A stretch of DNA of 64,000 bases from Octopus vulgaris (GCA_951406725.2 OX597821.1:29450001-29514000), one strand, 5' to 3'. Positions 1-14,585 are shown, numbered from the stretch's first letter. Translations and numbers: made by a program. Notes: a model not told the origin generated them from the sequence alone.

Positions 1-680
1 TTAGCTGCATGTTGTCCATCAGCGCCTTCTGAATTTATATTCTGCTGAGGTCAACTTCGCATTTCATCCTTTCGAGGTCAATAATTAAATAACAGTTGAG
101 TGTTGGGGGGCGACGTAATTGACTCTCTCCCTCCCTCAAATTTCAGGCCTTGTCCCTATAGTAGAAAAGATTATTATTTAAGACATCGTACAGTATCCAA
201 TATCGTGATGTTGTTGATTGAAGGGGATTTGTACTGTTTGTCAAGTTGAAACAAGGAGATCAGTCAGACAGACATTTACGCAATATGCTGATTTTTGCAT
301 TTATTATTAAATTGGCAGGTGGGGAGAATCATTAGAACACTGGCAGAAATATTTAGCGTTATTTGTTCCATTTCTTTATGTTCTGAGTTCAAATCTTATC
401 AAGGTAAACTTAGCCTATCGGCAATAAAATAAAGTTCTGAGTACTGTGGTCAATGGTAATAACTAAACTTGTCACACCAAAATTTCTGGCCTGTGTGTAA
501 ATTAGAAAGTATTATTATTATTATTATAATTAATAAGCATGGTGGTGAACTGATAGAATCATTAGGGCATTGAAAAACAGCCTTGCAGTATTTGTTTGGT
601 CTCTTTATATTCTGAGTTCAAATCCTGTTGAGGTCAAAACCTAAAATTGCTAGTCTTGTGCCTAAATCAGAAACAGCTGT
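1..680 (+). mobile_element. Three head-to-tail copies of SINE family C
   Basis: Core ttctgagttcaaat...gaggtcaactt(t/c)gc.tttcatcctttcgaggtcaataa...agta/aca.gttgag repeated at ~1-175, ~314-510 and ~540-675; the first two copies end in (ATT)n tails. Confidence 0.75.
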
Positions 681-1835
681 AAAGCAAATGGTAAATGACA
701 AAGGGATTGGCAAAATCATTTGAACATCAAACAAAAATACCTTACACTATTAAAGTATGGCTCTATACAGTTGGAGTTAAATCTGGCTGAGTTTGCTTTT
801 AAATTCCATTCTTTCTTTCTTTCATTTTCTCCCCCCCCCTCTCTCTCTCTTACAGATAGACAAATAAACCCAATCAAGAGCTGAGGTTGGTGCAGCAAAG
901 TACATCCAACACCTGATAGATGAGGCCATAAAACTTATGTTAGAAATAATTAATGAGTAGATGATGTAGAACGACACAAAAAGTATACTTTAGTTCAATT
1001 TAGTTCTAACCAAATTCTAATAAGATATTTCTTTGTCACTCATTCGACACACTGTACTATTCACTAATTATAATATTACAGGTGATTATTATAATCTACT
1101 ACATTAATTTGGTAGGTTCGTCTGACTACATTCATAGCCCAAATTCTATGCTCTTGGTGTTGGGATAGTGGCTGTGGCGATGACAGTGATGCTAAAAGTG
1201 AGAAGAGTATTTCTGTAAGCCAGTAGATCATTTAGATGAGGAAAGACACACATCTTGACTGTCTTCGATCTTATAAATCTTACAGAGGCGCTGGTGGTGG
1301 TGGTGATACTTGGCTCAGGGATTTGCTTTCATTGTATATGCAAGTCAGTCAGTAAGTCCACTCTTTCTCTCTCTGCATGTATGTATACGTATTTATGTGT
1401 GTGTATGTGTACGTGCACGCATACATACATACACACACACGCACACAATCAGCAGTGCGAGGATGGTTTAATCAGTGATTCTATAAAACCTTGCAAGGCT
1501 AGAAATAATGAGAATAATGTAGGTGGTGGCGCTGGTGATGCTGGTAGAGCTGGTGATACATCGGTGGTAGTGGTGGTGCTGGTGGTGATAGCTGACCAGG
1601 CTGGTGAAAGTTTGGCGGTGTGTGCCATAGTGATAAGGCTAGTCAATTAATCAGTGGTAACAAGATCCCACTGCCCACTCCCCAAACCTGAGTGCAATTC
1701 AGAACGCAACAGACAGAACAGTATTACAGGTAACTATAAAATATAGTATCTGATGCTGCTGTTGGCTTGGCACTTGTGGTGTTTTGAGATGGGTGGTGAC
1801 TGGTGTTTTAGTGGAAGATATGATGATTAAAGCTG

Positions 1836-1867
<32 letters not shown>

Positions 1868-2100
1868 GGAGGCCAGCTGTCAGAATCGATAGCGCACCAG
1901 GCAAAATGTTCAGACGCATTTTGTCCGTCTTTTACGTTTTGAGTTCAAATTTCACCTATGTCGACTTTGCTTTCATCTTTATGGGTCGATAAAATAAGTA
2001 CCAGTTGAACATCGAGGTCAATGTAATTTACTTAATCCCTACCCTGAAACTACTGGCCTTGTGCCGAAATTCAAAATCATTATTATCATTATTATTATTA
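1868..2100 (+). mobile_element. SINE family C, full length
   Basis: gagttcaaat B-box-like motif, core gtcgactttgc.tttcatc.ttt..gggtcgataaaataagtaccag, flanked on both sides by (ATT)n. Confidence 0.8.
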
Positions 2101-3369
2101 TTAACAGTAAACTGTTCTCACTATTTAAATGAAGCAACTGGTATGGGCAACATGGTGTCCCAGTGACTTAATAAGGCAGAAATGATGGGGGGGCAGTGGT
2201 AATGATGGTGGTGGTGGTGCTGCTGTTGGTGGTAGTGGTGGTGGTACTGCTGATGGTAGTGGTGGTGACAGTGATGTATTTTTGGTGAGCTGCACACTGC
2301 ACGGAACAACACATGCTGCAGTCAATGGAGAAGAAGTCAGCTACATACAGCACTGACTGTGAAATGCGAGCAAGCCTCTTTATGGCAATGAAAATCCTTT
2401 TGTCATTAGCTACTTAAAGGATTAAGAGTTAAGCTCCATTTTGAATGTTGAAGAAGATAAAGTCCAGCAGAAACCAGAGCACATTATACATCGATGTGTG
2501 GATGTACACACATTTATATATAATACACACAGAGACATACATACACACAGCCACAGAAATAGATTAAGTTTCACTTGTATAACTTACTATGCACATTCTG
2601 ACATTAATGCAATCTGTGTATGTGTGCATTACTCCATTCAGCTACCTGCCTTTTAGTCCTTCAGACTTACTTTCCAACACACACACACATATATACACAC
2701 ACATGTAGGTACACGCACATACATATAAATGGCATATATATGAATGTGAGAGGCACACACACAAATATGTATGTATCTCAAAGATTTCTTATCAATCTAT
2801 AATACCAATCTATTTATAAATACACAAACATTAACTGATATAGTAACATAATATGTTATATCCAGACATATACCACACACATACATGCACATCTATGCGA
2901 AAACATAGCAGACACACAAGAATAAGTGTGCATGAGCACACACTCACACATACTCAGACACACACATATAGATACAAGCAAGCCATGAGTCTGCTATAAA
3001 AACTTTATCACTTATTGCTGACCTTCTATGTCTCTCATAGTCTTCTTATTCTTGACCATAAATGGACACTGTCCTTAGTAGTTCACCTATGTCACAGTCT
3101 GTGCGTGTCTTTGCCTACCTTATGTATTAGCTTTAGTTGCTGCCACTGCTGCTGCTTATTATTATTATTATGTCTAAAAGTATCTGCCTCTGATAATGTA
3201 TTGGCATTATATAAACACATATTCACAAGCAATAGTAACAACAATCAAAACTTAAATAATATCTTTTATTCGCCACAGAGGTATTATTGAGAGGGGAAAT
3301 TACAAAGACAGGTTATAATTTGTGTGGAGGGGTTAATTTGAGCGAGAGAAGAGAAAATATAATAATAGA

Positions 3370-3965
3370 ACCAGCAGAATTGTTAGCTCAGTCACACAAA
3401 ATGCTTAGTGTTATTTCTTCCTACTCAATATCTGAGCTCATATTTTGCAGAGGTTAACTTTGCTTTTTATCCTTTAGGAGTTGATAAAGTACTTGGGTTG
3501 ATGTAATGAAGATCTTTCCCCAAATTTCAGGTCTTCGGCTTATAATTGAAAGAATCATCATCATCAATGCATGCAAGCTGGTGGAATTAAGAAATGGGAC
3601 AAAATGCTTTTGACTTTAAGAGTGAGTTCAAATCTTGCTGTAGTTGACTTTGCCATTCATCCTTTCAGGATCAACAAATAAAATAAGTAGCAGATGAATA
3701 GTTGGATCAATGCTAACCCTTACCCTCTTCCCCAAAATTTCAAGCCTTGTATCTATAATAAAAAGAATATTCTATTTAAGGCAGCAAGCTGGCAGAACTA
3801 TTATGCCAGACAAACTCTTTAGTGGCAACTTTTTTTGACACATGATGTTTTAGTTCAAATCTCTTTTAGTTCAAATCCAGGGATGAAAGGCAAACCAGAT
3901 AAACTTTACTGTGTGACTAAACTCACCCCCTTGAAATTGCCAGCCTTCTACCAAAACTTGAGTGA
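3370..3965 (+). mobile_element. Three tandem degenerate SINE family C copies
   Basis: Same core at ~3370-3560, ~3572-3770 and ~3780-3960, all in the same orientation. Confidence 0.7.
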
Positions 3966-4954
3966 TAATAATTCATTCTGGAACAATGAAACACAAAGCA
4001 GATAAAGCTATGAATAATAGCATGTTATTGAGTTAAAAATCTCTCTGGATTGAAAAAGTCAAAGGCTGCTCATGGGGCTTGAATTCATAGCTTCTGTAAA
4101 TATGACAGATATTCTACAATTGGACCAATTTCTTTATCCATTTCAGAAACTTTGTTCTAACTGGCAAGAATTGTATGTTGTTGGTTTCATACTAATTTAT
4201 AAAATTTGAGAGAACATGAAATAATTCTATTTTAGAACAGTGAAACTCAAACCAGATGAAGTTGTAAATAACAGAGTGTAAAAATTAGGTTAAAAAAACC
4301 TTTGGATAGAATGGTCAAGGGTTGTCTATGGATAAAAAAATTATTATTTCACACTCTCTTAAAGTTTATACATTCTTATGACACCAATATAATTGTTTAT
4401 AATTTAGAGTACAATTTGGAATAAAGTGGTTAAGTGATTATATCAACCCCAGTACTTGACTGGTACTTTTTTTTTATTGATAGCAGAGGGATAAAAGGTA
4501 AAGTCAGCTGTAGCAAGATTTGAACTTGGAGTCTAAAGGCCACAACAAATACCACAGGGAATTTTGTGTTGTACAAACTGCTTCTGCCAATTCACTACTA
4601 TTCAGCAGATCTTCACAAGGTAAACTAATGGTGCTCTGTAGCAGCGAAGTTAAAAAATGTAAAAGAAAATGTGAACAAAAATTTAGAAGTCGGTGAGGTC
4701 ATGATATGGTATTTTCAAAGAAACATCCTGCCTAAAATGTCAGAATTATCTCCTCACACAGATTTATCTTCTTTTATAGATTTTAAATAAATATATACAG
4801 GTAATGATAATAAGGTTAGTCGGAAGTAATGGAGGAATTGCTTCTTAGTTTATTTACTGAGATGTATAGCATGTCTTCAAATTTTCTGAGGAAATGAAAT
4901 AAAATAAAATAAAGTACACTGTCAAAAATGTATTTTTTCCTATATAAATACATA

Positions 4955-5305
4955 TCTTTTATATTTTACTTCTTTTAGTTACTGGACTGGAACCATGCTG
5001 GAGCACTGCCTTGGAGGGTTTTAGTCAAACAAATCGACCCCAGTATTTCATTTTAAAGTAGGATATTTATTTTATTGGTGTCTTTGGTTGAAACACTAAG
5101 TTACAGGGACATAAACAAACCAATATCAGTTGTCAAGTGGTGGACAAAAGACACACACAAACACACAGATGAATGTATGACACGTTTCTTTCAGTGTTTG
5201 TCAACTGAATCTACTCATGAGGCGTTGGTTGGCCCAGGACTATAGAAGATCACTTGCCTAAAATGTAACGCATTAAGATTGAACCTGGAATTCTGTGTGT
5301 GTTTC
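4955..5305 (-). mobile_element. SINE family A, older copy
   Basis: Reverse-complement match to the 12031-12460 element (ccatgctggagcactgcc, aaatcgaccccag, cacttgcctaa, gaacctggaa). Confidence 0.75.
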
Positions 5306-5312
5306 TAGAAAG

Positions 5313-5366
<54 letters not shown>

Positions 5367-5621
5367 AGGTGGAATAATGGAAGGAGAGAGAGAAAGGAAA
5401 AGATAAACAGAGATGAAAAATGACAAAGAAAGAAGACACTGGAGAAAAAAAAGCAGAAAAAATGGGAGAAAGGAAAGGGAAAAAGAGTGTGAAATGAAAC
5501 AGAGAGAGAGAGAGAGAGAGAGAGAAAAGCAACAGAAGTGAGGACAAGTGTAAGTCACACTCCAGCATTAGCGAGCAAGTGCTGATGGTTTTTGTCGCTT
5601 TTTCTAATTTTTGTTTTGCAG

Positions 5622-5660
5622 GTCTACAGTTGTCAATGTTGACACAATAAAACGAGTCTG
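5622..5660 (+). other. Candidate 39-nt microexon
   Basis: Branch-like CTAAT (5604-5608) plus ttttgttttgCAG acceptor; donor GTGAGG at 5661, alternative GTGAGA at 5666; one open frame reading STVVNVDTIKRV. Confidence 0.35.
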
Positions 5661-6357
5661 GTGAGGTGAGATTGTTGAGAATCTAGAAAGGAGACTCTTG
5701 TGCAAACAAACCACCTCAAACAGAAATAACATTGATATCTTCTTCTTCTCCATCATCATCAGCATGGCTGATAATTTTAAAGTAACCCCAATAGGACTGG
5801 TGTATGTCTCTTGTATGCGTGTGTATGGTGTGTATGTATGTGCACATGCGGGCTTTGTTGTTTAGTTTGCTTTTTGATTATTTTGGTGTTATACCGTTCA
5901 GTAGCATAAACCTCTTCCACCATTTTCAAAGAAACTGTCAAGAGTCAAGGATTAACTAAACCCTAAAATGATGATGATGATGATGATGACGATGGTGATG
6001 CCACATGCTATTTGACAAACTTAGCCAATACTTGTATTTCCACTTTGTGTCTACACAGCTTCACTAGTATCCAGTCAGATACCATGGTGAAGTAACAGTC
6101 AGGATTTAATAGATTAGATGAGTTACATGGACACACACTGCCCATATAAACATACATACAGCATACGTGTGTATGTGTGTGCATGTGTCTATGTGTCTGC
6201 GTGTATGTGTGTTTGAATGTGCATGCATTCGTCTGTGCATGTGTGTGTACGTATGAGTGTGTAAGTGTGTGTGTATGTACATGTGCATGCACATGTGTTT
6301 ATTACCACATCGATTGAACTCTTGAAGATTTGTGAGTGTAGAACACATCTATCTTGT

Positions 6358-6422
<65 letters not shown>

Positions 6423-6644
6423 CCAAAAAGTTTGATTCCCAGCCACATGGTTTTGTGTTCATGTCCAACAGCATCACACCTTGGGCAAGAAAATTGACCA
6501 AAGCAGCCATTATACTCCTGGAGTGGTTGGCGTTAGGAAGAGCATCCAGCCATAAAAACCATGCCAAATCCAATTCCAGTCAAACCATCTAACCCATGCT
6601 AGCATGGAAAGCAGATGCTAAATCATGGTGACATATAATATACA

Positions 6645-7250
6645 TCTATATATATATAAAACTGAGAATGTGTCTCTCTGACTGTCTGTATGTGTGCATC
6701 ACTAAAACTTGAGAACTATCCAACCAATTTCATTCAAACATTGCACATGGCTTACTTAGGGTCCATGCAGTGTATATATATGGATATGTGTATATATATG
6801 TATATGGATATGTGTGTGTGTGTGTGTATATATATATGGATATATATGTGCGTGTGTGTGTGTATAAATATATATGTGTGTGTGTGTGTGTTTGTGTGTG
6901 CATATATACATATTATAGCCTCAGGCCAACCAAAGCCTTGTAAATGGATTTTGTACATGCAAACTGAAAGAAGACTGTTGTATATATGTGTATATTTGTG
7001 TGTGTGTGTGTTTGAACCCGCACCATTGCTTGACAACCAATGTTGCTATGTTTACGTTCCCATAATATAGCAGTTCCACAAAAGATACTGATAGAATAAG
7101 TACTAAGCTTATGAAGAATAAATCCTGTGGTCAAGTTGTTCGACCAATGGCAGTGCTCCTGCATGGTTGCAGTTACATGACTGAAACCAGTAAAACAATA
7201 AAATAACTATGTGATTTTAAAACCCAAGCAAGGCTGGGTATTTCTGCCAG
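6645..7250 (+). mobile_element. Non-autonomous Helitron with a SINE A 3' half inside it
   Basis: 5' a|TCTATATATATATAAAACTG; 3' degenerate hairpin acccaagcaaggctgggt then atttctgCCAG|t; SINE A segment at ~6913-7203. Confidence 0.6.
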
Positions 7251-7300
<50 letters not shown>

Positions 7301-8813
7301 TTTGTGTTTGTGTATGTGTGCCTCCTCATCTCAACACTGAATGTCATGCAAGTGGTGTCATTCTTTCTCGTCTTCCATGGAAACATGTCTGCTCATGGTA
7401 AAATCACAGTGAAATATTACCTCATGATGGAAACAAGACAGGGTTGGTAACAGGAAGGGTATCATCATCAGTTTAACATCTGTTTTCCATGCTGGTATGT
7501 GCTAGACAGTTTGACTGGAGCTGGTAAGGCCAGGGGCTGCACTGGGCTCCATTGTCTGTTCTGGCATGGTTTTTACAGCCTGATGCCTTTCCTAAAGCCT
7601 ACCACTCCATAGAGTGTACGGTATGCTTTTAATGTGGTACTGTTTCTGTTTAAGCTATGCAAACATGGATAAGTGAATGCTAAACTGATGATAATATAAC
7701 TAAAGAGATAAACAAATAGATAGATAAGCTGTTCAGACTATAAAGAATGCATCATGCTACTTTTATTTATCAGAGAAGCAGTTTAATTCTTACAATTCCC
7801 AGAACTGGTTATTTACAATCAGTTTAATAGATATTTGTGTTTCACTCTGGTTATATCTACAATCACCTCATCAACTTGATACATAAATCTTAAGCACAGT
7901 GAGATCTCAAAGCAACACTTCACATGTACTTGAGCATTGGTGTCTGTGTTCACACATGTCTATGTTCATGTGAAAGAGTATGTTATGATTTTATGTTCAA
8001 GTATCTTTATTTCCATGCATGCACATACATGCATGCATGCATGTATGTGTGCATATGAATATGATCATGCTATACATGTGTTGTATGGTTATTCATATGC
8101 AGAAAATTGATACCAATGCCCTTCTTGTGTGAGGTCTCCAAAACTTGATTGGAACAATAACCTTCAGATCCTCAGATGGGGACTTGGAGCAAATATTTGC
8201 AGTAGACTTGGCTAAAGGCACCTAAGTGCACACAAATGTTGGGAACAGGAGCTATACAGCCATCATAAGATTGTTTACAAATATCAACTACAAAAGATTG
8301 GCATCCCATCATAGAAATAGAATTCATTACTTATCTGTTTCATAACACAAAAGCAAAGCTAAACGCCCAGTGCTTAACTTGGTCTCAAAGATTAAGGGAT
8401 CTTTCTGTGGCTGGGAAATTTTATTACATATTCACATGCAAAACTGAGTGTTATGTCTGTGACAGTGCACTATGTAACACAAGATTACTGTAGCTCTTTG
8501 ACTGAATGACAATGGAGAACAGTACATGAAGGAAAACACCCAATTGACTAAAAACCCAGTGTGGGAACATCTACACAGTTGTTAACAAACTAGAAATAGA
8601 TAATATTAGACAAATCACCCTCAAATTAACATCCTGTAATCCAAAGTAAAGAACACACTGAATGAAAGTAGTCCCTAATATACAAAGGAGCAGGCAGTCA
8701 GGGCTTGAATGTGTGACCAAGAACATTATTAATCAGGGTTAACCTGAGGTTCAACAACATCATCAATGCCAAGTGAAGAGAGAAACGGTCAATAATTCAT
8801 GCTTTTCACCAAC

Positions 8814-9046
8814 ATCTTTTGATACCAAACCAGCTGAGAGTGATCCTGGTTTTATGATATAAACTTATTGTTTTAAAGGGATCTAAATTTAAACCCTTCC
8901 ATCAAAATTTCATGTTCAGGTATGTCTGAAACACCAGCTTAATAGTGACAAAGTTTTCTTTTACTAAATTCCTCATAATTTTCAAAATAAATTGAAACAA
9001 AGACAGTGTATTTCAACAGAATTATGGTTAAAACAAAAAGGGTTAA
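8814..9046. mobile_element. piggyBac-like MITE (family also at ~21578-21962 and ~55130-55345)
   Basis: Ends aaagggTTAA; shared internal sequence (ttactaaat, aattgaaacaaa, gtatttcaacagaa) recurs in reverse orientation at 21.6-21.96 kb and 55.1-55.3 kb. Confidence 0.55.
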
Positions 9047-10573
9047 AAATTATGCCTTTGTGAACATTAACTGAAATAAACCTGTACCTAAAATCTTTGT
9101 ACTATTACACTTGTCTGGACAGCTGTACATATGATACAGTGTTCATAATTATATAAACATGAAATTATTGAGAGTACATACACACACACACACACACACT
9201 TATACATATGTGTTTATATATATGTGTATATATATATATATATATATAATGCAGACAAACATATATTTCTGTTGTGGAATTTATCCTTCGTTGAATTTAT
9301 TCAACCATGTCTTCCAACAAGACAGTTATCAAGTTTTTATGTATAGGGATGATATAGGTATCATAATTTCAAATTATATTGGTTTTCAATGTTTGAACAA
9401 GACCACATATCTGACAAGAATGAAACACTAAGTTTCTGTTCATGAGTATCTGTCTCTCTCTCTCTCTCGCACACACACACACATTGTTTCAAATTGGTCT
9501 TACTACATTTCAAGTACTTATTCAATTGAAATATTTGCCAAGATAGAAATAAAAGTTAAACTGAACTCTCAAAGTATTTCAAACACAGAACAGTGTTGCA
9601 GCAAATGTTCTATTCAGGCAAAACCTTCATCCTATGACTTATGAACACATGAGTGATATATACATTTACATCTGCCTCTCTCTCTCTATATATATATATA
9701 TAAGGATAAATAGACATATATATATAGATATACGCATGCATAAAGCCTTATACATTCAAAGCTATGTGTTCTGAAATCACTATCCTATTCTGCCTAACAA
9801 TACTAGGTACTTTTTTTATTTAACAGCAATTCACACCAGGATGAAACTACCATCACTCTCTTTTTCACAAACACACATATTCACAACCATGTAGCTTTGG
9901 GTTCAAGCCCACTGTGAAACAACAGTGACTTCTACTGCAGTCAAGGGCCAGTAAACTTGGTAAGACAAAGAATTTAGCAAAGCCATCACATATGTATATG
10001 TGTATCCCATGACCAATATATAACAAAATGATGCAACACACATTTGCAATGCTAGGAACAGAAAAATCAAACCCATCATTAGTTTGTCTTTATATGTATG
10101 AGTTCCAACATGTGACTTAGTGGTTAGGGTGTAATACTCATAAACAGAAGATTGTAGTTTCAATTTCTGAACCAGATGACGTATGGTGTTCTTGAGCGAA
10201 AAACTTAACTTCATGTTGTTCAAACCCACACAGCTAACAAAAATAAGTAATACTATATATGTCATAACATTTGAGAAGCCGGCTTTATGAGCTTATGGCT
10301 CAGTATGGAGAAACAACAATGCAAAATATCAGGTTTTAATTATTATTATTATTATTAACTCTATATTATCTACTGAAGTATTTTCCCCTCTTATTTTAAT
10401 ATAGGGACGCACATTCACACACATACACATCAATGAAAATGCCTAAAAATGTGCCTGTATGTTTACCTGTTTCATCCAACTAACAAAATATTTAGCAAAG
10501 GAATGATAGCATAAATGAAAAGGATGATTGGTGGAGATAAAGCCAACATTCAAAAGAGAGAGAGAGAGAGTGA

Positions 10574-10614
<41 letters not shown>

Positions 10615-10675
10615 CATATGAATCCATGAATATGAAGCTCACACACTAGACAGGTATATGTGCACGTGTGAGTGT

Positions 10676-10709
<34 letters not shown>

Positions 10710-10854
10710 ATGAATGTATGCATATTTGTCTTTATATATATCTACAGACAGATGAGAAATATTTTGATAAAAATCATAAACAGGAAATAGCCCCTTACAT
10801 ACATTCTTTGCTGGCATTAAAAACTTAAAAGAATTCAGCAGGAAAACTACTACA

Positions 10855-10893
<39 letters not shown>

Positions 10894-10896
10894 TTG

Positions 10897-10942
<46 letters not shown>

Positions 10943-12030
10943 TACACATACATTCCCCTATAAACATGCATAAATACATACACACTACATATACAGGGTG
11001 TGTTTATGTGAGTAAATATCAACACCATTCCTTCCAAAAACACTTATCTATAGTAGTTTACCTTTCTGAAGAATTTAAATAAGCATGAAGCGTGCAGTAA
11101 AGTGTGTATATATGCACAAATACATACATATGTATATCAGTATAAAGAAACACACACATACTTGTCCATACTATTTTGTGTAACAGTGGAATCTAAATTA
11201 ACAGTCTTACTTTGCTTTTTTCCTCTGCCATCATTAAACACAAACATTAGAAAATAAAGCCACTAGGGGAGCTTCTGTGTGGATATCTGAAATAGCAACC
11301 AAATCTATCCCAAATCAAATTCTACTTTATTGCAAAAAGAAAGACTACATAGCGGTGGTGCCCCAGCATGGCCGCAGCCTTCTGGCTGAAACATTTTAAA
11401 GGATTTATATTATATTACTAGATGCCTCTAAAGAAACAGGATGGTCCTGGCTAAAATACTTTTGATCTGCTTGAATAAGACTCACCTGGGATGGATCTAA
11501 ACAACAAATCCAGGAGCAATTTATTTTGTTCCTCGGTTTTGTTCAGTTGATGAATCCCATCTCCACAAAAATCACCTTGTGGGGTCTTTCACATGTTGTT
11601 GTCCCAATGCAACAGTATACGTCTTAAAAGATGGTCAGAAAATTATAGTTAAAAGTGCTATTGCCTGCTCATTTGGGATGCAGCGGAAGCAACAACAACA
11701 CTGCAGCTGTTGTAGAGACAGTAGCATCATTAACCCTAAATTCTGTTTTTGATCACCAACAAAGTTTGATAACAGATATGATCCTTGGAATTAGATGACA
11801 AAAAGCTCCTTCTAGAAGTAGTCCACATTGGAATACCTTTAATCAAGGTTGACTAGAGCCTAAACAATGATACTACTGATGTCGTGATATCAAGAACAAT
11901 GATGTAAATATCAATGGATAACAACATCAACGACAGTATTAACAGTGTTATCAACAATATAGATAATGTCAACCACAATGTCAATAATGTCAGAGAAAAA
12001 AAACAAAAAAAAAACAATGCTAATATCAGG

Positions 12031-12201
12031 TGTAGGAGTGGCTGGGTGGTAAGTAGCTTGCTTACGAACCACATGGTTCCAGGTTCAGTCCCACTGTGTG
12101 GCACCTTGGGCAAGTGTCTTCTACTATAGCCTCAGGCCAACCAAAGCCTTGTGAGCGGATTTCGAAGACGGAAACTGAAAGAAGCCCGTCGTATATATGT
12201 A

Positions 12202-12232
<31 letters not shown>

Positions 12233-12460
12233 GTATGTGTGGGTATATATTTGTGTGTCCGTGTTTGTCACCCCAACATCGCTTGACAACCGATGCTGGT
12301 GTATTTACGTGCCCGTAACTTAGCGGCTCGGCAAAAAGAGACCAATAGAATAAGTACTAGGCTTACAAAGAATAAGTCTTGGGGTCGATTTGCTCGACTA
12401 AAGGCGGTGCTCCAGCATGGCCACAGTCACATGACTGAAACAAGTAAAAGAATAAAAGAA
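12031..12460 (+). mobile_element. tRNA-derived SINE family A, full length, young
   Basis: A-box-like tggctgggtgg, B-box-like ggttcagtccc, central ggcaccttgggcaagtg, internal (TA/TG)n, tail ggtgctccagcatggccacagtc...gaaacaagtaaaagaataaaag; closely similar to 47467-47926 and, inverted, 32246-32640. Confidence 0.9.
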
Positions 12461-12697
12461 AGAAATAATCAAAGTCAACAACTGTCATTAACATCGACAC
12501 TGCAACATTGTTATAAAAGAATGCCATCAACATCACAGATGTCAATGTCGTTAATGGAAATACCATCAATTATAGTATCAACACCATCTACAATTAGCAA
12601 TAACTCAACTACATTATTATCATCATCATGAATAATGATTATTATCATCATCATGAATAATGATAACAATAAGTTCTGAATTGTGCTCTATTCCTTC

Positions 12698-12928
12698 ATC
12701 ATCATCATCATTTAATGTTCGTTTTCCGTGCTAGCATGGGTTGAACGGTTCGACCGGGGTCTGGGAAGCCAGGAGGCTGCACCAGGCTCCAGTCTGGTCT
12801 GGCAGTGTTTCTACAGCTGGATGCCCTTCCTAATGCCAACCACTCCATGAGTGTAGTTGGTGCTTTTTACGTGCCACTGGCACAGGTGCCAGGGGAGGCT
12901 GGCAGCGGCCACGATCGGTCGGTGCTTT
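12698..12928 (-). mobile_element. 5'-truncated RTE LINE 3' end
   Basis: (CAT)n then tttaatgttcgttttccgtgctagcatgggttg...ggatgcccttcctaa; reverse complement of the 3' UTR of the RTE at 53.4-53.8 kb. Confidence 0.85.
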
Positions 12929-14266
12929 CAAAAATTATATCTACCTCTAATGCCTTCTCTTAAACAGTTTTTTCATTCTCTTTCTTTTTCTCTCCCTCTC
13001 CCTACACCTTATGTGTATGGGGTGGGGGCATAAGTAAGACAAATTATTTAAGTTAAATAAATGTTTCAATACGATACAAGATAACAACAATCTCCCAGCT
13101 TCGTTTTCCCCATCTCTAAATGGCCTTATATCATGCCTCACCCACACCTTGGAATATACGTTTCATACTGCCCATTCATCTTTTAAATACCATCATTTCT
13201 TCTAATGTGCTCCACTGCTACCATCACCAATCTCCTCACACATCATTTACAATACCACCGCCACCACCACCACCACCACCACCACGAAAAAGTCTCCTTC
13301 CTCTCTAACTTTCCATTATATGAAGATATCCATAAATCACACAACTTACAATTTCATGCCACCACCAATGAAAGCAAATTTCCACCCTTAATAAATCCTC
13401 CTCTTCCACCTTTTCCTTCCATTGCACTACATCACCACAACCACCACAACCCAACGAGCATACACACACACACACACACACATACACACACAGATAGACA
13501 TGCTCTCATGCAACTGGCAAAGAAGTTCTGAAGACATCTCTCGAAAGCGATAAAGGTCAATCCTTGAATGAGGTAATAAGAACAACAATGAACAACAACA
13601 ACAGCAACAACAACAAATAGCAACAACAATAAAAAGAGTATCAATAGTCATTCAACACCGCTACTGCCGCCAACACCATGCCATACCAAGAGAACCAGTA
13701 CCAAAGACATATTTATCACTCACAACAGCAACTATTATAACTATTACATGTAGCAGCAAGACGCCATCACTGCCACCATCACCAACACCAATACCAGCAT
13801 CCTCATCTGTCTATCAACACTGCACCAACAGCAGCAGATGGAGAGGCAATCACATTATTTACAACAACTACCAAAAGAACAATACATGAAAGAGAAGTGA
13901 GAACAACAGAAAAGTGAGTGAGAAATAGAGAGACAGAGATGCTGAGAGAGCTAGACCAAAAGAAAGTAGGAGATGCTGAGAGCAGAGAAGACATTGTGAA
14001 AGAGAACTGGAGAAAAAAAGAGGCTGAGAGAGAGAGGGAGACATAGAGAGAGAGAGAGGTAGATGTAGATATATATATAACGAAAGACACAGTGAAGGCT
14101 AGAGATTGAGAGGGAGGGAGAAGTAGAGATAGAGAGAGAGAGAGTGAAGGTTAGAGAATGGGAGACTGAGACATAGAGGAAGTGAAGGAGCAGAGAAGGA
14201 AGAAAATGAAAGAAGGAGAGAAATTTAAAAGGGTCATGCAGAGAAAGAGTGACAGACAGACAGACA

Positions 14267-14312
<46 letters not shown>

Positions 14313-14585
14313 TACATACAATAAGAGAGGGGGAGGAAGACAGAAGGAATGAGAAAAGGGAGAAAGAGAGAAATAGAGAAAAACAGAAGGAAGAAGATAA
14401 GAGAAGAAGAAGTATAAAAAGAGAAAGCATCAATTTCTGAAGAAACAGAAAGAATATAAGTATAATAGAAAAAGAAAAAAAAATGAAAGAAGTAACTAAA
14501 AGTGAAAGAAGAGAGAGAGAGAGAGAGAGAGAAAGGTAGTGTTAGTGCACTAACAAGGTGAAGAGGATTGGCGAAGGGAGAGATG

